A stretch of DNA of 14,765 nt from the IMG/VR virus record IMGVR_UViG_2547132272_000009; one strand, 5' to 3'. The notes below the pieces were generated by a model. The model did not search any database and was not told the DNA's origin. It was given only the letters and a program-made list of their open reading frames with translations. Of the stretch, positions 1 through 8,147 are shown piece after piece. This DNA comes from a virus (lineage: Duplodnaviria > Heunggongvirae > Uroviricota > Caudoviricetes). Every line of letters begins with the position of its first letter. Position 1 is the first letter of the stretch. The position numbers and the translations under genes are program-made.

Positions 1-25
1 TAGTCTCCAGGATTCCCGGGGCGGT

Positions 26-367
26 TCAAAACATCGTTTCGCCGCGACCTTTATAGTTGCTCACCAGCGAATCAGGTGTTTTTCCGCTACCGACAAAGCG
101 CCCTTTTTCATCCCTTAAACGTCCATCGGTGGGCGCAGCCGGAACTGGCACAGGTGAAGATGGTTTCCTGGGAGCCTGATTGGCTTCTCCGCCCGCAGTT
201 GCCTGCTGCGTGCCACCTCCTGGACCTGTATTTGAAGGTATTTTAAGCGGCGTCCCTGCAGGGCCAATCATCAGCCCATTGCGATACTTTTCAAATATCG
301 CCTCAAGTCGCTTAAGGTGTTCTTCATTAACGTCCAGTGTCAGAACTGGCATCTGATTACCTGACAT
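26..367 (-). CDS. Hypothetical tail-module protein with a Pro/Gly/Ala-rich central region (113 aa)
   Basis: Same frame as the 209-aa ORF and starts 10 nt upstream of the end of the -1 ORF. Central segment GPAGTPLKIPSNTGPGGGTQQATAGGEANQAPRKPSSPVPVPAAP is low-complexity. TGA at 26-28. Confidence 0.45.
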   Translation of the reverse strand: MSGNQMPVLTLDVNEEHLKRLEAIFEKYRNGLMIGPAGTPLKIPSNTGPGGGTQQATAGGEANQAPRKPSSPVPVPAAPTDGRLRDEKGRFVGSGKTPDSLVSNYKGRGETMF

Positions 368-674
368 TCAATACCCCTCCCGGCGTCGTGCATTTACGCA
401 GCTCACGAAACTGAGCTGCTGTTTTTACATTCAGACCGGAATTTGCCCAGATGTCGCTGAATCCGTCTCCGGCTGAGTAGTCGAGGATGTCGCTGATAAC
501 GTGCTCGCCGTCGCGCCAGAACTGGCGACAGGCTTCAATGTCGGCAATGAAGCAATCCATTCCGTAAGACTCAAGGATGAAGTGCGACTGTTCCACATTC
601 CACTGACTACCAGCATCATCTGTTCCGTCTGCTCCGGTGTGTTTATCGACGAGACGCATGTAAAAAAAACGAGT
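357..674 (-). CDS. Putative -1 frame extension of the chaperone (frameshift-fusion segment; track ORF 357..659)
   Basis: The -1 frame is closed by UGA at 675-677 and opens exactly at the slippery run. It encodes an acidic, protein-like 100+ aa segment and ends at 357, tightly overlapping the next gene's start at 367. Confidence 0.4.
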   Translation of the reverse strand, partial: TRFFYMRLVDKHTGADGTDDAGSQWNVEQSHFILESYGMDCFIADIEACRQFWRDGEHVISDILDYSAGDGFSDIWANSGLNVKTAAQFRELRKCTTPGGVLNVR

Positions 675-1060
675 TCACCCGCAACATCATCCAGCTCAAC
701 GATTTCACGCTCCAGCGCCATATCAAGAGGGATTGTGTCGTAACCTTTGCCCTCCACCGGATAAACAAGGTTTGCCAGGCGAATTATTTCGTTCACCAGC
801 GTATTACGAACTCCCTTATCATCGTCCCAGATACCGGAATCACGCGAGATCCGCTCCAGCATCAGAAAAGCAACGCGCGGCCCGGCAACGACGCCAAGAC
901 CTTCGGAGAAAATGGCAGAAAAAGTTTTACTCAGAATGAAGAAATGCTCTTTAAACACCTCTTTGCTGATCGGCGTGGCGTGAATCCAGGCTTTACCTTT
1001 CTCGGTCTGGACAGGAATAATCAGGTTTAAATTTCGCGCGATTTTCATACCAAATCCCAC
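431..1060 (-). CDS. Putative tail assembly chaperone, 0-frame product (209 aa)
   Basis: Sits at the tube-to-tape-measure chaperone position. The first 133 codons look protein-like and end in VFF on the U-run. The 75 codons after the U-run are Ser/Thr-rich and low in complexity, so may not be genuine coding sequence. Confidence 0.5.
   Translation of the reverse strand: MGFGMKIARNLNLIIPVQTEKGKAWIHATPISKEVFKEHFFILSKTFSAIFSEGLGVVAGPRVAFLMLERISRDSGIWDDDKGVRNTLVNEIIRLANLVYPVEGKGYDTIPLDMALEREIVELDDVAGELVFFTCVSSINTPEQTEQMMLVVSGMWNSRTSSLSLTEWIASLPTLKPVASSGATASTLSATSSTTQPETDSATSGQIPV
662..669 (-). other. Candidate recoding site: U UUU UUU slippery heptamer within a U8 run
   Basis: Minus-strand mRNA GGU GAA CUC GUU UUU UUU ACA UGC in the 0 frame. 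A -1 slip would read ...VFF then UAC AUG CGU (Y M R ...) into the 357..659 frame. Confidence 0.4.
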
Positions 1061-1488
1061 ATTTCAGAGTTGATGTAATACGTACCGGTAATGGTGATGG
1101 CCACACCCGGCTCGCCCCCGGCGAAGGTCATATCCTGCACGTTGGTGATCGCCGTGTTATAGATATCGAAGTCACCGAACACCGTGCTGTCGCTATACAC
1201 TTTTGCGTCGCCGATCGTGGCGTTTTTTTCCCATTGCGCCTTGAATTGTTTTCCCAGCGCCTGGCTACGCAGCAGATGAACACGCGCCTGTAAAATCATG
1301 TATGGCTGCGGCGACTGCACGGCTCCCGTCATAGCGGGTAAAAACTCCGTGATATTGCCCTGAAAGGACAATTCGACGCCTTCTTTTGCCAGAAATGAGG
1401 CGGACACATTCAGTTCGGAATGAGAGGTGAATTTAACGCTGGCGCGAACCCGGTTAAGGGTGCCAACGGGGATCATTGGATTAGGCAC
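1045..1488 (-). CDS. Putative tail tube protein (147 aa)
   Basis: Immediately downstream of the sheath-sized gene. GAGGGA Shine-Dalgarno upstream of the ATG at 1486-1488. Size consistent with myophage tube proteins. Confidence 0.45.
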   Translation of the reverse strand: MPNPMIPVGTLNRVRASVKFTSHSELNVSASFLAKEGVELSFQGNITEFLPAMTGAVQSPQPYMILQARVHLLRSQALGKQFKAQWEKNATIGDAKVYSDSTVFGDFDIYNTAITNVQDMTFAGGEPGVAITITGTYYINSEMWDLV

Positions 1489-1499
1489 GGTTCAGTCCC

Positions 1500-2837
1500 T
1501 CACGAAAGCTGCATTGTCACATTGATGTTAAAAATGATTTCGACAAATCCGCGCATCGGCGTATAGGAGGCCGAAAGGCCCGCATAACGCCCGATACCGT
1601 AATCATTCGGATTAGTGTTGATATACTGGCGGAAAGGCACTGCATCGACGACAGGCTGACCGTTGACCAGGCCGTAAGATACGCCCGTATTGAACACCGC
1701 CTGTGCGACCTGCTGTAGACGGTCGATCCCGTCCTGGTTGTAGTAAAGCGGGTTAATTGGGTTATTGCTGCCGTTGATCACCGTGTTGGCGAGCTGCATA
1801 TCGACATTAATCTGCACCCAGTCCACGGAATACCAGTACGTCATATCGTTACCGTCACTGGTAACGCCTTTCACCAGGATCGTGTTGGAGATTCCGCCCT
1901 CAGCCCCCGTTTCGACGTAGTTAATATTCTGCTTCGTCATCGTGGCCAGAATGGAATTTTTGCCCTTGTGGGCGTTTACCGCCTGCAGATAGCGAAATGC
2001 CATCGGCGGCACCTTGTTGATTTCTGAAGGTGATGCGGAAACATAGTTCCACATTACGGCTGCTGCCGCGTTTGTCGCCGGGTACGTATCATCCGCCGTT
2101 GCAATAACCGACTTAATACCGGCATAAGGCGAAACGTAATTCGTGTCATCCGGCGTTTTCGTCAGCACGAAGAAATACTGCATCGCTTCGTTGGCGGTGT
2201 GGAGTTTTGCCAGACTGATAAACTCCGCATCACCATCCCACGTCTGCGGTACCAGATAAGCGTAAAAACGCTGGAGCGGATCTTCCATATAAGATTTCAG
2301 CGCAGCGATTTCCTTACTGACTCCGCCTTTCTGTACTCCCAGCTCCAGCAGGTAAATCCCCACTGAATTTCCCTGGGCAAAAAACGTGTTTACTGCCGTC
2401 ACCAGATTTTCACTGCCAGCAATGGAAAACTGCCCCAGCGTCACTGGAGAACCGGAAAGCTGAGAACCAGTAATAGTCCAGGTCAGTGTTTTTTCATCCG
2501 TGACGGTAGCAGTATATTCGCCATTCCACGCGTCGGGCGAACACCCGGAAACAACAATTTTCACCTCAGAACTGTTTTCGCGTCGGATGTTGCTCCCTTC
2601 CGGAAGCGCCATCGTAACGGTGACGTTTGCCGCAGCTCTTCCTGCGGCAGCTGCCGACAAGGCAGCAATCGGATTTTTAACCAGTTCGTTAATGTCCTGA
2701 TTACGGGTGAGTAATACGGGTTTTCCCGGTTCATGAGTCGTGGAACCAAACGAGAGAATCGCAGCCATCTGTTGCAGATTCGAGGGTATGGCCCCGATGG
2801 TCTGGGACACATTCACCGTGACGATATTAAATCCCAT
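1500..2837 (-). CDS. Putative contractile tail sheath protein (445 aa)
   Basis: Size typical of sheath proteins and directly followed by a roughly 150-aa tube-sized gene and a chaperone-like ORF pair. Called from gene order and size, not homology. Confidence 0.5.
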   Translation of the reverse strand: MGFNIVTVNVSQTIGAIPSNLQQMAAILSFGSTTHEPGKPVLLTRNQDINELVKNPIAALSAAAAGRAAANVTVTMALPEGSNIRRENSSEVKIVVSGCSPDAWNGEYTATVTDEKTLTWTITGSQLSGSPVTLGQFSIAGSENLVTAVNTFFAQGNSVGIYLLELGVQKGGVSKEIAALKSYMEDPLQRFYAYLVPQTWDGDAEFISLAKLHTANEAMQYFFVLTKTPDDTNYVSPYAGIKSVIATADDTYPATNAAAAVMWNYVSASPSEINKVPPMAFRYLQAVNAHKGKNSILATMTKQNINYVETGAEGGISNTILVKGVTSDGNDMTYWYSVDWVQINVDMQLANTVINGSNNPINPLYYNQDGIDRLQQVAQAVFNTGVSYGLVNGQPVVDAVPFRQYINTNPNDYGIGRYAGLSASYTPMRGFVEIIFNINVTMQLS

Positions 2838-3781
2838 TATTTAACCTCATATTTACAAATAACTTTTTCAATCAACTGCCGGGATATTTCCCGGGCGGTG
2901 CTCTGGTAGTAATTCACGTCAAAATCGACAATTTTTTTCTTCGCCAGAGCGTTGATTTCAACCTGTCCCGACTTTGCGTCCTGAACCACCGGAATATTGG
3001 TTACACCAAACTTTTCCTCCTCCAGCGCCCTGTTCACCACCGAGTCGATAAGATCCAGCGCCATTTTGTTGCTGAATCCGTAAAGCGTCAGGCGAACCGA
3101 ATCCTGGACGAGCTGGAATCGCTCACCACCGAAAACAACGGGAGCCACCTGCAAAGGAATACTGTTGCGAACATCCACCGCGATATACGGAGGGCGAAGG
3201 TTCTGCGGTACCAGGTAAGACGGATACACGGTCGCGGCATCTTTCATTTGCAGCCAGATCGGGATGCTGTTGGATATGATCTGCTCGTCGCTGATATCCT
3301 CCTCGCAGTCGATAATCTGGGAACGCATGGTTGGCAAAATCGCCATGCCGCGATAATGAAAAATACCCGACTGCTGATAGCGGCTCTCCATTCGAGAAAA
3401 AGCGAACTGGACGCCGCCGTACTCACCGAGATAGATCGCGTCGGGATTTTCCACATTAAAATCATCAACCTGCTGAACAGGCGTGAAAATAATGTTGTTC
3501 ACATCCTTCGAGACAGACTCGTCCTGAATCGCAATAACCTGACGATGCAGGCTGCCTTTGATTTTCAGACGAGTTGGTGACTCAATATTCAGGCGACACA
3601 GTTCATCGCAACTGATGATTTCCGCATTAACCCAATAGACAAAGCCATCCAGCGGCAGAACCTGCCGGACATAGAGCCTGAACGTGATTTCCTGGTCTGA
3701 CGAGATGGTTTCAACTGCGGATTTAAGAACGGACGAGAGCTGCGAACTGTGCTGTTCGGCTAATTCCTCAAGACTCGGCAT
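2837..3781 (-). CDS. Hypothetical tail/neck-associated protein (314 aa)
   Basis: ORF immediately upstream of the putative sheath gene. Its TAA overlaps the sheath ATG (TAATG at 2835-2839). No motif recognised. Confidence 0.5.
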   Translation of the reverse strand: MPSLEELAEQHSSQLSSVLKSAVETISSDQEITFRLYVRQVLPLDGFVYWVNAEIISCDELCRLNIESPTRLKIKGSLHRQVIAIQDESVSKDVNNIIFTPVQQVDDFNVENPDAIYLGEYGGVQFAFSRMESRYQQSGIFHYRGMAILPTMRSQIIDCEEDISDEQIISNSIPIWLQMKDAATVYPSYLVPQNLRPPYIAVDVRNSIPLQVAPVVFGGERFQLVQDSVRLTLYGFSNKMALDLIDSVVNRALEEEKFGVTNIPVVQDAKSGQVEINALAKKKIVDFDVNYYQSTAREISRQLIEKVICKYEVK

Positions 3782-4208
3782 TATTATCTATCCACGCTAT
3801 AAAGCTGCCCTTAAACAGGCCGCCGTCTATGAATGACGGACGTCGCTCTCCGGTATATTTGTCCTTAAGCCTGGAGTTAACGCCCAGTAGCGCGGCCTGA
3901 GTTGGCACAGGGTTTCCGTTAATCGTCATCCCGGCCATTTCCTCGGCTTCCAGAAAACGGTGAAAAATCCCGCGGGTATCGCCCATAACCTGCACAGGTG
4001 GCAACGGCACTTTATTTTTGAGATGGCGAATGAGCTGGAACGCAACCATCTCCCCTGCCTCCTGGATAATCTCGTCCTTATGCATTTCCCAGAAGTGCGT
4101 AAAAATTTCGTATCGCTCCTCGAGGTCACAGGCCACGTCGAACGTGGTTTTTCCCGGTTCGTCACCGTAGTCATACGGCTGGTCAACAACACCAAAACAA
4201 AGTTTCAT
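3768..4208 (-). CDS. Hypothetical virion / head-tail connector-region protein (about 146 aa from the ATG at 4206-4208)
   Basis: The ATG at 4206-4208 overlaps the upstream TGA (ATGA coupling). The track's earlier start at 4223 would overlap the upstream gene more. Function unknown. Confidence 0.5.
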   Translation of the reverse strand: MKLCFGVVDQPYDYGDEPGKTTFDVACDLEERYEIFTHFWEMHKDEIIQEAGEMVAFQLIRHLKNKVPLPPVQVMGDTRGIFHRFLEAEEMAGMTINGNPVPTQAALLGVNSRLKDKYTGERRPSFIDGGLFKGSFIAWIDNNAES

Positions 4209-4645
4209 GGCGTGTAACCCCATACCGTGCCCATCTGCATCAGAACCGTAACAACCTGTCGTCCATACGGATCCTGTAACATCTGCAAATCCAGCAAAGA
4301 CAGATTACTCAGCGCGTCGCTGATGGTGATCGAACCCGATGTCCCCTGGTCTGCTGCCGCGCTGACAAGCCCGGTAGCCAGTTTCCCAAGGTTGAGTTTT
4401 TTTCTCAGGTCGGCAAACCACGAGCCGGGAGCGAAATTCAGGAGAAATGAGGCGGCAGCGTTATAAACCGTTCGCACATAGATGATGGGTAAACGCTCCA
4501 GCCCCTGATCATGAGGGATTAGCTCCATCGCAGACTGAAAGCAACATTCCAGCGTCGGATCATCGTCAGCAATAGCGTGAACCGGTACTTTCATGTCGTC
4601 ACGAACAAAGCGAATAAACCCCTCCAGTGACGGACGCAGGGTCAT
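4205..4645 (-). CDS. Hypothetical virion / head-tail connector-region protein (146 aa)
   Basis: The ATG at 4643-4645 overlaps the upstream TAA (TAATG). Called from position between capsid and sheath genes only. Confidence 0.5.
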   Translation of the reverse strand: MTLRPSLEGFIRFVRDDMKVPVHAIADDDPTLECCFQSAMELIPHDQGLERLPIIYVRTVYNAAASFLLNFAPGSWFADLRKKLNLGKLATGLVSAAADQGTSGSITISDALSNLSLLDLQMLQDPYGRQVVTVLMQMGTVWGYTP

Positions 4646-5115
4646 TATTTTTTAACCTTAATATTTCGCTTTGTGCTGGGCGGATTTTCCTGTTCAGTGT
4701 TGATCGCTTCCCCGGTGATTTCCATTTCAATACCACCTGGTTGAGGTTTTTCGCCACTCTGAATCACTGCCTGATCCACTGCGTTATTCAGCGATACGGC
4801 GCTGGCTGCGAGAATTTCTTCTGACAGGGATTCCAGATTTTCCGTTTTCTGCTCCGCGCAATCCTCAATGCGACCGACGCTCACAGGTTTATCGATGGAA
4901 TAGCAGATACCGGAAAAATTCTTGTCCACCTTGTCACAACGCTGGAATCCGTAAGGTTCATGCTGTCGGATGATGTGATCGATAATATCGGACTGATTTT
5001 CGATCATATGCTGACGTCCGGACGGAATTGTCACACCGAACGACTGCGTTTTTTCGGGGAGTTTGTAGTTGAACGTGTGCGGCTGACGTGAGCAGTTAGC
5101 GATGTAGAGCTTCAT
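4645..5115 (-). CDS. Hypothetical virion protein (about 156 aa from the ATG at 5113-5115)
   Basis: The first ATG of the track ORF (5140-5142) lies in the terminator hairpin loop. The second ATG at 5115 sits just downstream of the hairpin with GGGA 7 nt upstream. Function unknown. Confidence 0.5.
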   Translation of the reverse strand: MKLYIANCSRQPHTFNYKLPEKTQSFGVTIPSGRQHMIENQSDIIDHIIRQHEPYGFQRCDKVDKNFSGICYSIDKPVSVGRIEDCAEQKTENLESLSEEILAASAVSLNNAVDQAVIQSGEKPQPGGIEMEITGEAINTEQENPPSTKRNIKVKK

Positions 5116-5128
5116 AAATTTTTCCCAC

Positions 5129-5152
5129 AAAAAAGGGAGCATTTAGCTCCCC
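5129..5152 (-). terminator. Rho-independent terminator-like hairpin downstream of the putative capsid gene
   Basis: Minus-strand RNA reads GGGAGC-UAAAU-GCUCCC followed by UUUUUU (plus-strand GGGAGC 5135-5140, GCTCCC 5146-5151, A-run 5129-5134), about 20 nt after the TAA at 5172-5174. Confidence 0.5.
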
Positions 5153-5171
5153 GCATTATCAGATTGAACGT

Positions 5172-6200
5172 TTATGCGTATTTGGCAGACAACAGGGTGA
5201 TCCCCTCAGGGCGGAAGTTCCAGCCCGGCGTCGCACGCATGGTATACAACGTGGTCAGGCCGCCATCCGGCATAGGGGACGGGATTTCCGTCGGCGCTGC
5301 CATGTCGCAGAACATCACGTTGACGGCCTGCTGGTTCGGTACCAGCGTGGAGAAAATATTGGTGTTAATGGCGTGACGCGCTTCCGGAACCTCAATCGTC
5401 GGGTTCGTAACGATGATCAGGTCATTACCACCAGCTCCCTTACCGATCAGCGTGTCGTCCTGGCAGAAAATGATGTCATCGCCTGTTGCCTTATCGGCGA
5501 CGTCTTTAACCACCGTTCCCACCGTTCCGGTACCACCACCAGGACGCTGGTAACTGGTCAGCTCAACAATTCCTGTCCACTCCAGCGCCTTCATGAATCG
5601 CTGTGGGCTCAGAATAACAGTCGTTAATGGCTGCCCCAGCAGCAACATGCGGGTTTTCTGGTCAGCAATCAGGCCAAGCATAAATTTAGCCATCTCACCG
5701 GAATCCCAGGTGGTGTAAGAATCATTGCCTTTGCTGTCGTTGCCCAGATTCAGCGTCACTGCGTTCGGGGAGTTGGTGATCCCCTCGTTATTAGCTGCAT
5801 TCACGCCATACAGCAGCATATTACGCAACATTTGAGCGTGTCCCTGACGGTTAGCCAGGCGCAGGCCTTCAATCAGAGAATAGCCCCAGCGATCTGCTGC
5901 ATCAGTATCGAGATAGCTGTATTGCGAGCGGGAAGAAATTCGGTAAGTCATCATTCCGTCATAGCCGCCAGAGATACTGGAAGACGGTAACTGACCCGGC
6001 AGAGACTGGCTGACCTGCGCCTGCGAGGTCATGCGCAGATATTTCTGATAGACCATCAAATCACTGGAACTGATTTTTACCGCTGGAGCACCACCAGCCA
6101 GGACTTCAAACGCCCCGGAAGCCATGCTCTGTTGCACGATCATTTCCGGCAGCACCATTGACGGCGACACAATAGTAGTCGCAGGAGTAAATGCGCTCAT
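5172..6200 (-). CDS. Putative major capsid protein (342 aa)
   Basis: Size and position downstream of the scaffold-like gene. AGGGGA Shine-Dalgarno upstream of the ATG at 6198-6200. Followed by an intrinsic-terminator-like hairpin, as often seen after major capsid genes. Confidence 0.5.
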   Translation of the reverse strand: MSAFTPATTIVSPSMVLPEMIVQQSMASGAFEVLAGGAPAVKISSSDLMVYQKYLRMTSQAQVSQSLPGQLPSSSISGGYDGMMTYRISSRSQYSYLDTDAADRWGYSLIEGLRLANRQGHAQMLRNMLLYGVNAANNEGITNSPNAVTLNLGNDSKGNDSYTTWDSGEMAKFMLGLIADQKTRMLLLGQPLTTVILSPQRFMKALEWTGIVELTSYQRPGGGTGTVGTVVKDVADKATGDDIIFCQDDTLIGKGAGGNDLIIVTNPTIEVPEARHAINTNIFSTLVPNQQAVNVMFCDMAAPTEIPSPMPDGGLTTLYTMRATPGWNFRPEGITLLSAKYA

Positions 6201-6214
6201 TAATTAATATCCCC

Positions 6215-6832
6215 TTAAATTAAAAACAGGCCGCACGGTTTGCCGATTTCCCAGACAACGTTACCACCATCCTCTTTTTTCACCGTCAGGTTTCCGTCAA
6301 CTGAAACCATCAGCAGCTTAATATCCACTTTCGGATTAGCGCCGGGTGATCCTGAATAAACATCAACCATGTTTTTCGTCAGATCCCACACAAAACCACT
6401 GGCAGCAACGGTGTTATTTCCATCAGCCAGCGCAACAACTTCTGCACTGACAGGGAGAGGAATGCGGGCACCTGAGCCAACGCGATAATAGTGAACAAAG
6501 CCACCCGCGAGATATAACGGCACCGGATTATCCGGCGTGGTAATGCCATGAAATGCCTGATTAAAGACAGTAAAGGCGTTACAGGCGTCCTTCGTGGCTT
6601 GTTTAATTACCGCGCCGTTAACGCTGTCTTTCGCGGGAGCAATGCACTCCATAACTCCAACGCCACCCCATACCGGTTCAGTGATTTTGCTGTCCAGTCT
6701 ACCGGAGCAAAGTTGCAGACGAATTGCCGGATCATCCTGCGCATCCCCCTGCATCAGCCCACGGGATTCGACGTTAAAAAGGCCACCAAATGCCCCACGG
6801 TTTTTAAACGGATGAAAGTTAATATCAGCCAT
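6215..6832 (-). CDS. Hypothetical head-module protein (205 aa)
   Basis: ORF between the scaffold-like and capsid genes, with an 8-nt overlap with the upstream gene. No recognisable motif. Confidence 0.45.
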   Translation of the reverse strand: MADINFHPFKNRGAFGGLFNVESRGLMQGDAQDDPAIRLQLCSGRLDSKITEPVWGGVGVMECIAPAKDSVNGAVIKQATKDACNAFTVFNQAFHGITTPDNPVPLYLAGGFVHYYRVGSGARIPLPVSAEVVALADGNNTVAASGFVWDLTKNMVDVYSGSPGANPKVDIKLLMVSVDGNLTVKKEDGGNVVWEIGKPCGLFLI

Positions 6833-8147
6833 TGTTCAGGCTCCCTTGAGTGTTAATTTTTGCCAGACGACGCCCCGGAATTTTGAAAGCACTCAGCCAG
6901 ACGTTCGGATCGCCCTGATATTCAGTAATGCGACGTCCGGCTTCATCGTTGCGGATACGTTTATGCAGTTGCCCCTGCGTACTCATCATTTCTTTTTCGA
7001 TGGACTGACGAGCGGCACTGAAAATTGCGTCCTCAAGCACAGCCAGCGTTGCAGAATCCGCAATCGCGCGAATATTGACGTCCTTATGTGCCGGAGAGTG
7101 TTTCTGCATAGCGATTAGCGCACGCTTGCGGTAGTCCAGCACATTTTCACCAGAAAACGGTGCTGGCGCGTTTTTACCGCAGGCACTGAATGCGGAGTCG
7201 GCTTTTGCCTGCGCTTCTGCCAGGGCAGAATCATTGCGTTCTTTTTCTGCCTCCTCGTCGGCCTTACGCTGTTCTTCTGCTTCGGAATCAGCCTTTGCTT
7301 TCTCCTCAGCGTCTTTGGCTGCTGCCTCGTCAGCTTTGACTTTTTCTTCTGCCTCCTTTGCCGCAGCTTCATCAGCTTTACGCTGTTCCTCTGCGGCTTC
7401 ATCGGCTTTGGCCTTTTCTTCGGCCTCTTTTTTCGCCTGTTCTTCGGCATCCGCCCGCGCTTTGTCCCGCTGTTCCAGTGAGTCCATGCGCGTAACGACA
7501 CCATCGATTTTCTGATTAATGCCTTTCAGGGCATCGCTCACAACCCCCTGTAACAGGGCCTGGAGTTCTTCTTTTTCCATCTCAATTTCACCTGTATTTG
7601 TCACTTCAACCCCTGCGGGGATCCGGTCTTTATCCCACACGCCCAGCGAGCCGTGGGCTTTCGTCACCAGAGCGATGTGATCAACAAGGAAAGGAACGCC
7701 CTCGATTAAAAAATTGGTGTCACCTTCCTGTACTTCCACATTTCCTGATGTGCTGTTGAACACCACCGACGGACTTGTCGAAACATCCCCCTCAGTGATT
7801 TCTTCAACAATGCTCTGGAGGTAAACGCGGCACACCGCCCATACCTCGTCACCCCGGATATACGGCAGCATGACACTGCCGACGATCCGCGATTTAAAAT
7901 CCTCCTCCGTCAGAACTGCGTCGTCAGGATGGTTTGCGATAACCGGAAGGCCATTGCATCGCCTTAAAAACTCCTCACTCAGATAGAGCTTTGGATCACG
8001 CCATACGTGCTCTTTCAGCCCGGCGCGATAGGCGAGCCCGGTTCCGGTTATTCGCAAATTCACCAGCCACATGTTGGAGAATTTCACCGGGGACGGTACG
8101 GTTCCGTCCCTGATGCGTTCTGCCACTTCAAGCTCGGTTAAACTCAC
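6825..8147 (-). CDS. Putative scaffolding (possibly protease-scaffold) protein with an Ala/Glu/Lys-rich repeat domain
   Basis: Lies between the head-morphogenesis-like gene and the capsid gene. Central region is an imperfect KADEAA-type tandem repeat predicted to be highly helical, as in phage scaffolds. No protease catalytic residues identified by eye. Confidence 0.5.
   Translation of the reverse strand: MSLTELEVAERIRDGTVPSPVKFSNMWLVNLRITGTGLAYRAGLKEHVWRDPKLYLSEEFLRRCNGLPVIANHPDDAVLTEEDFKSRIVGSVMLPYIRGDEVWAVCRVYLQSIVEEITEGDVSTSPSVVFNSTSGNVEVQEGDTNFLIEGVPFLVDHIALVTKAHGSLGVWDKDRIPAGVEVTNTGEIEMEKEELQALLQGVVSDALKGINQKIDGVVTRMDSLEQRDKARADAEEQAKKEAEEKAKADEAAEEQRKADEAAAKEAEEKVKADEAAAKDAEEKAKADSEAEEQRKADEEAEKERNDSALAEAQAKADSAFSACGKNAPAPFSGENVLDYRKRALIAMQKHSPAHKDVNIRAIADSATLAVLEDAIFSAARQSIEKEMMSTQGQLHKRIRNDEAGRRITEYQGDPNVWLSAFKIPGRRLAKINTQGSLNNG
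7195..7460. repeat. Imperfect tandem repeats of about 30-42 bp encoding KADEAAxxEAEEK units
   Basis: Recurring motifs on the plus strand (gcctttgc/ggctttgg, ttcttctgc, tcagcttt). The repeat composition creates spurious long ORFs in the other frames (7115..7504 on minus, 7234..7515 on plus). Confidence 0.6.

Noticed and set aside
2932-2938. T7 homopolymer run as a second slippage site
   Set aside because: It lies inside a gene where only one frame is open and encodes a simple Lys-Lys-Lys stretch. There is no alternative-frame ORF to shift into.
4654-4667. Exact 14-mer AACCTTAATATTTC shared with 12322-12335
   Set aside because: One exact 14-mer match is roughly what chance predicts for a 14.8-kb window (expected about 0.4-0.8). 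The flanks do not extend the match and both copies are in coding sequence.
7115-7504. Minus-strand 129-aa highly basic ORF (KNRRKKRPKKRPK...)
   Set aside because: It is an alternative frame of the scaffold repeat region. The repetitive purine-rich DNA keeps all frames open by chance.
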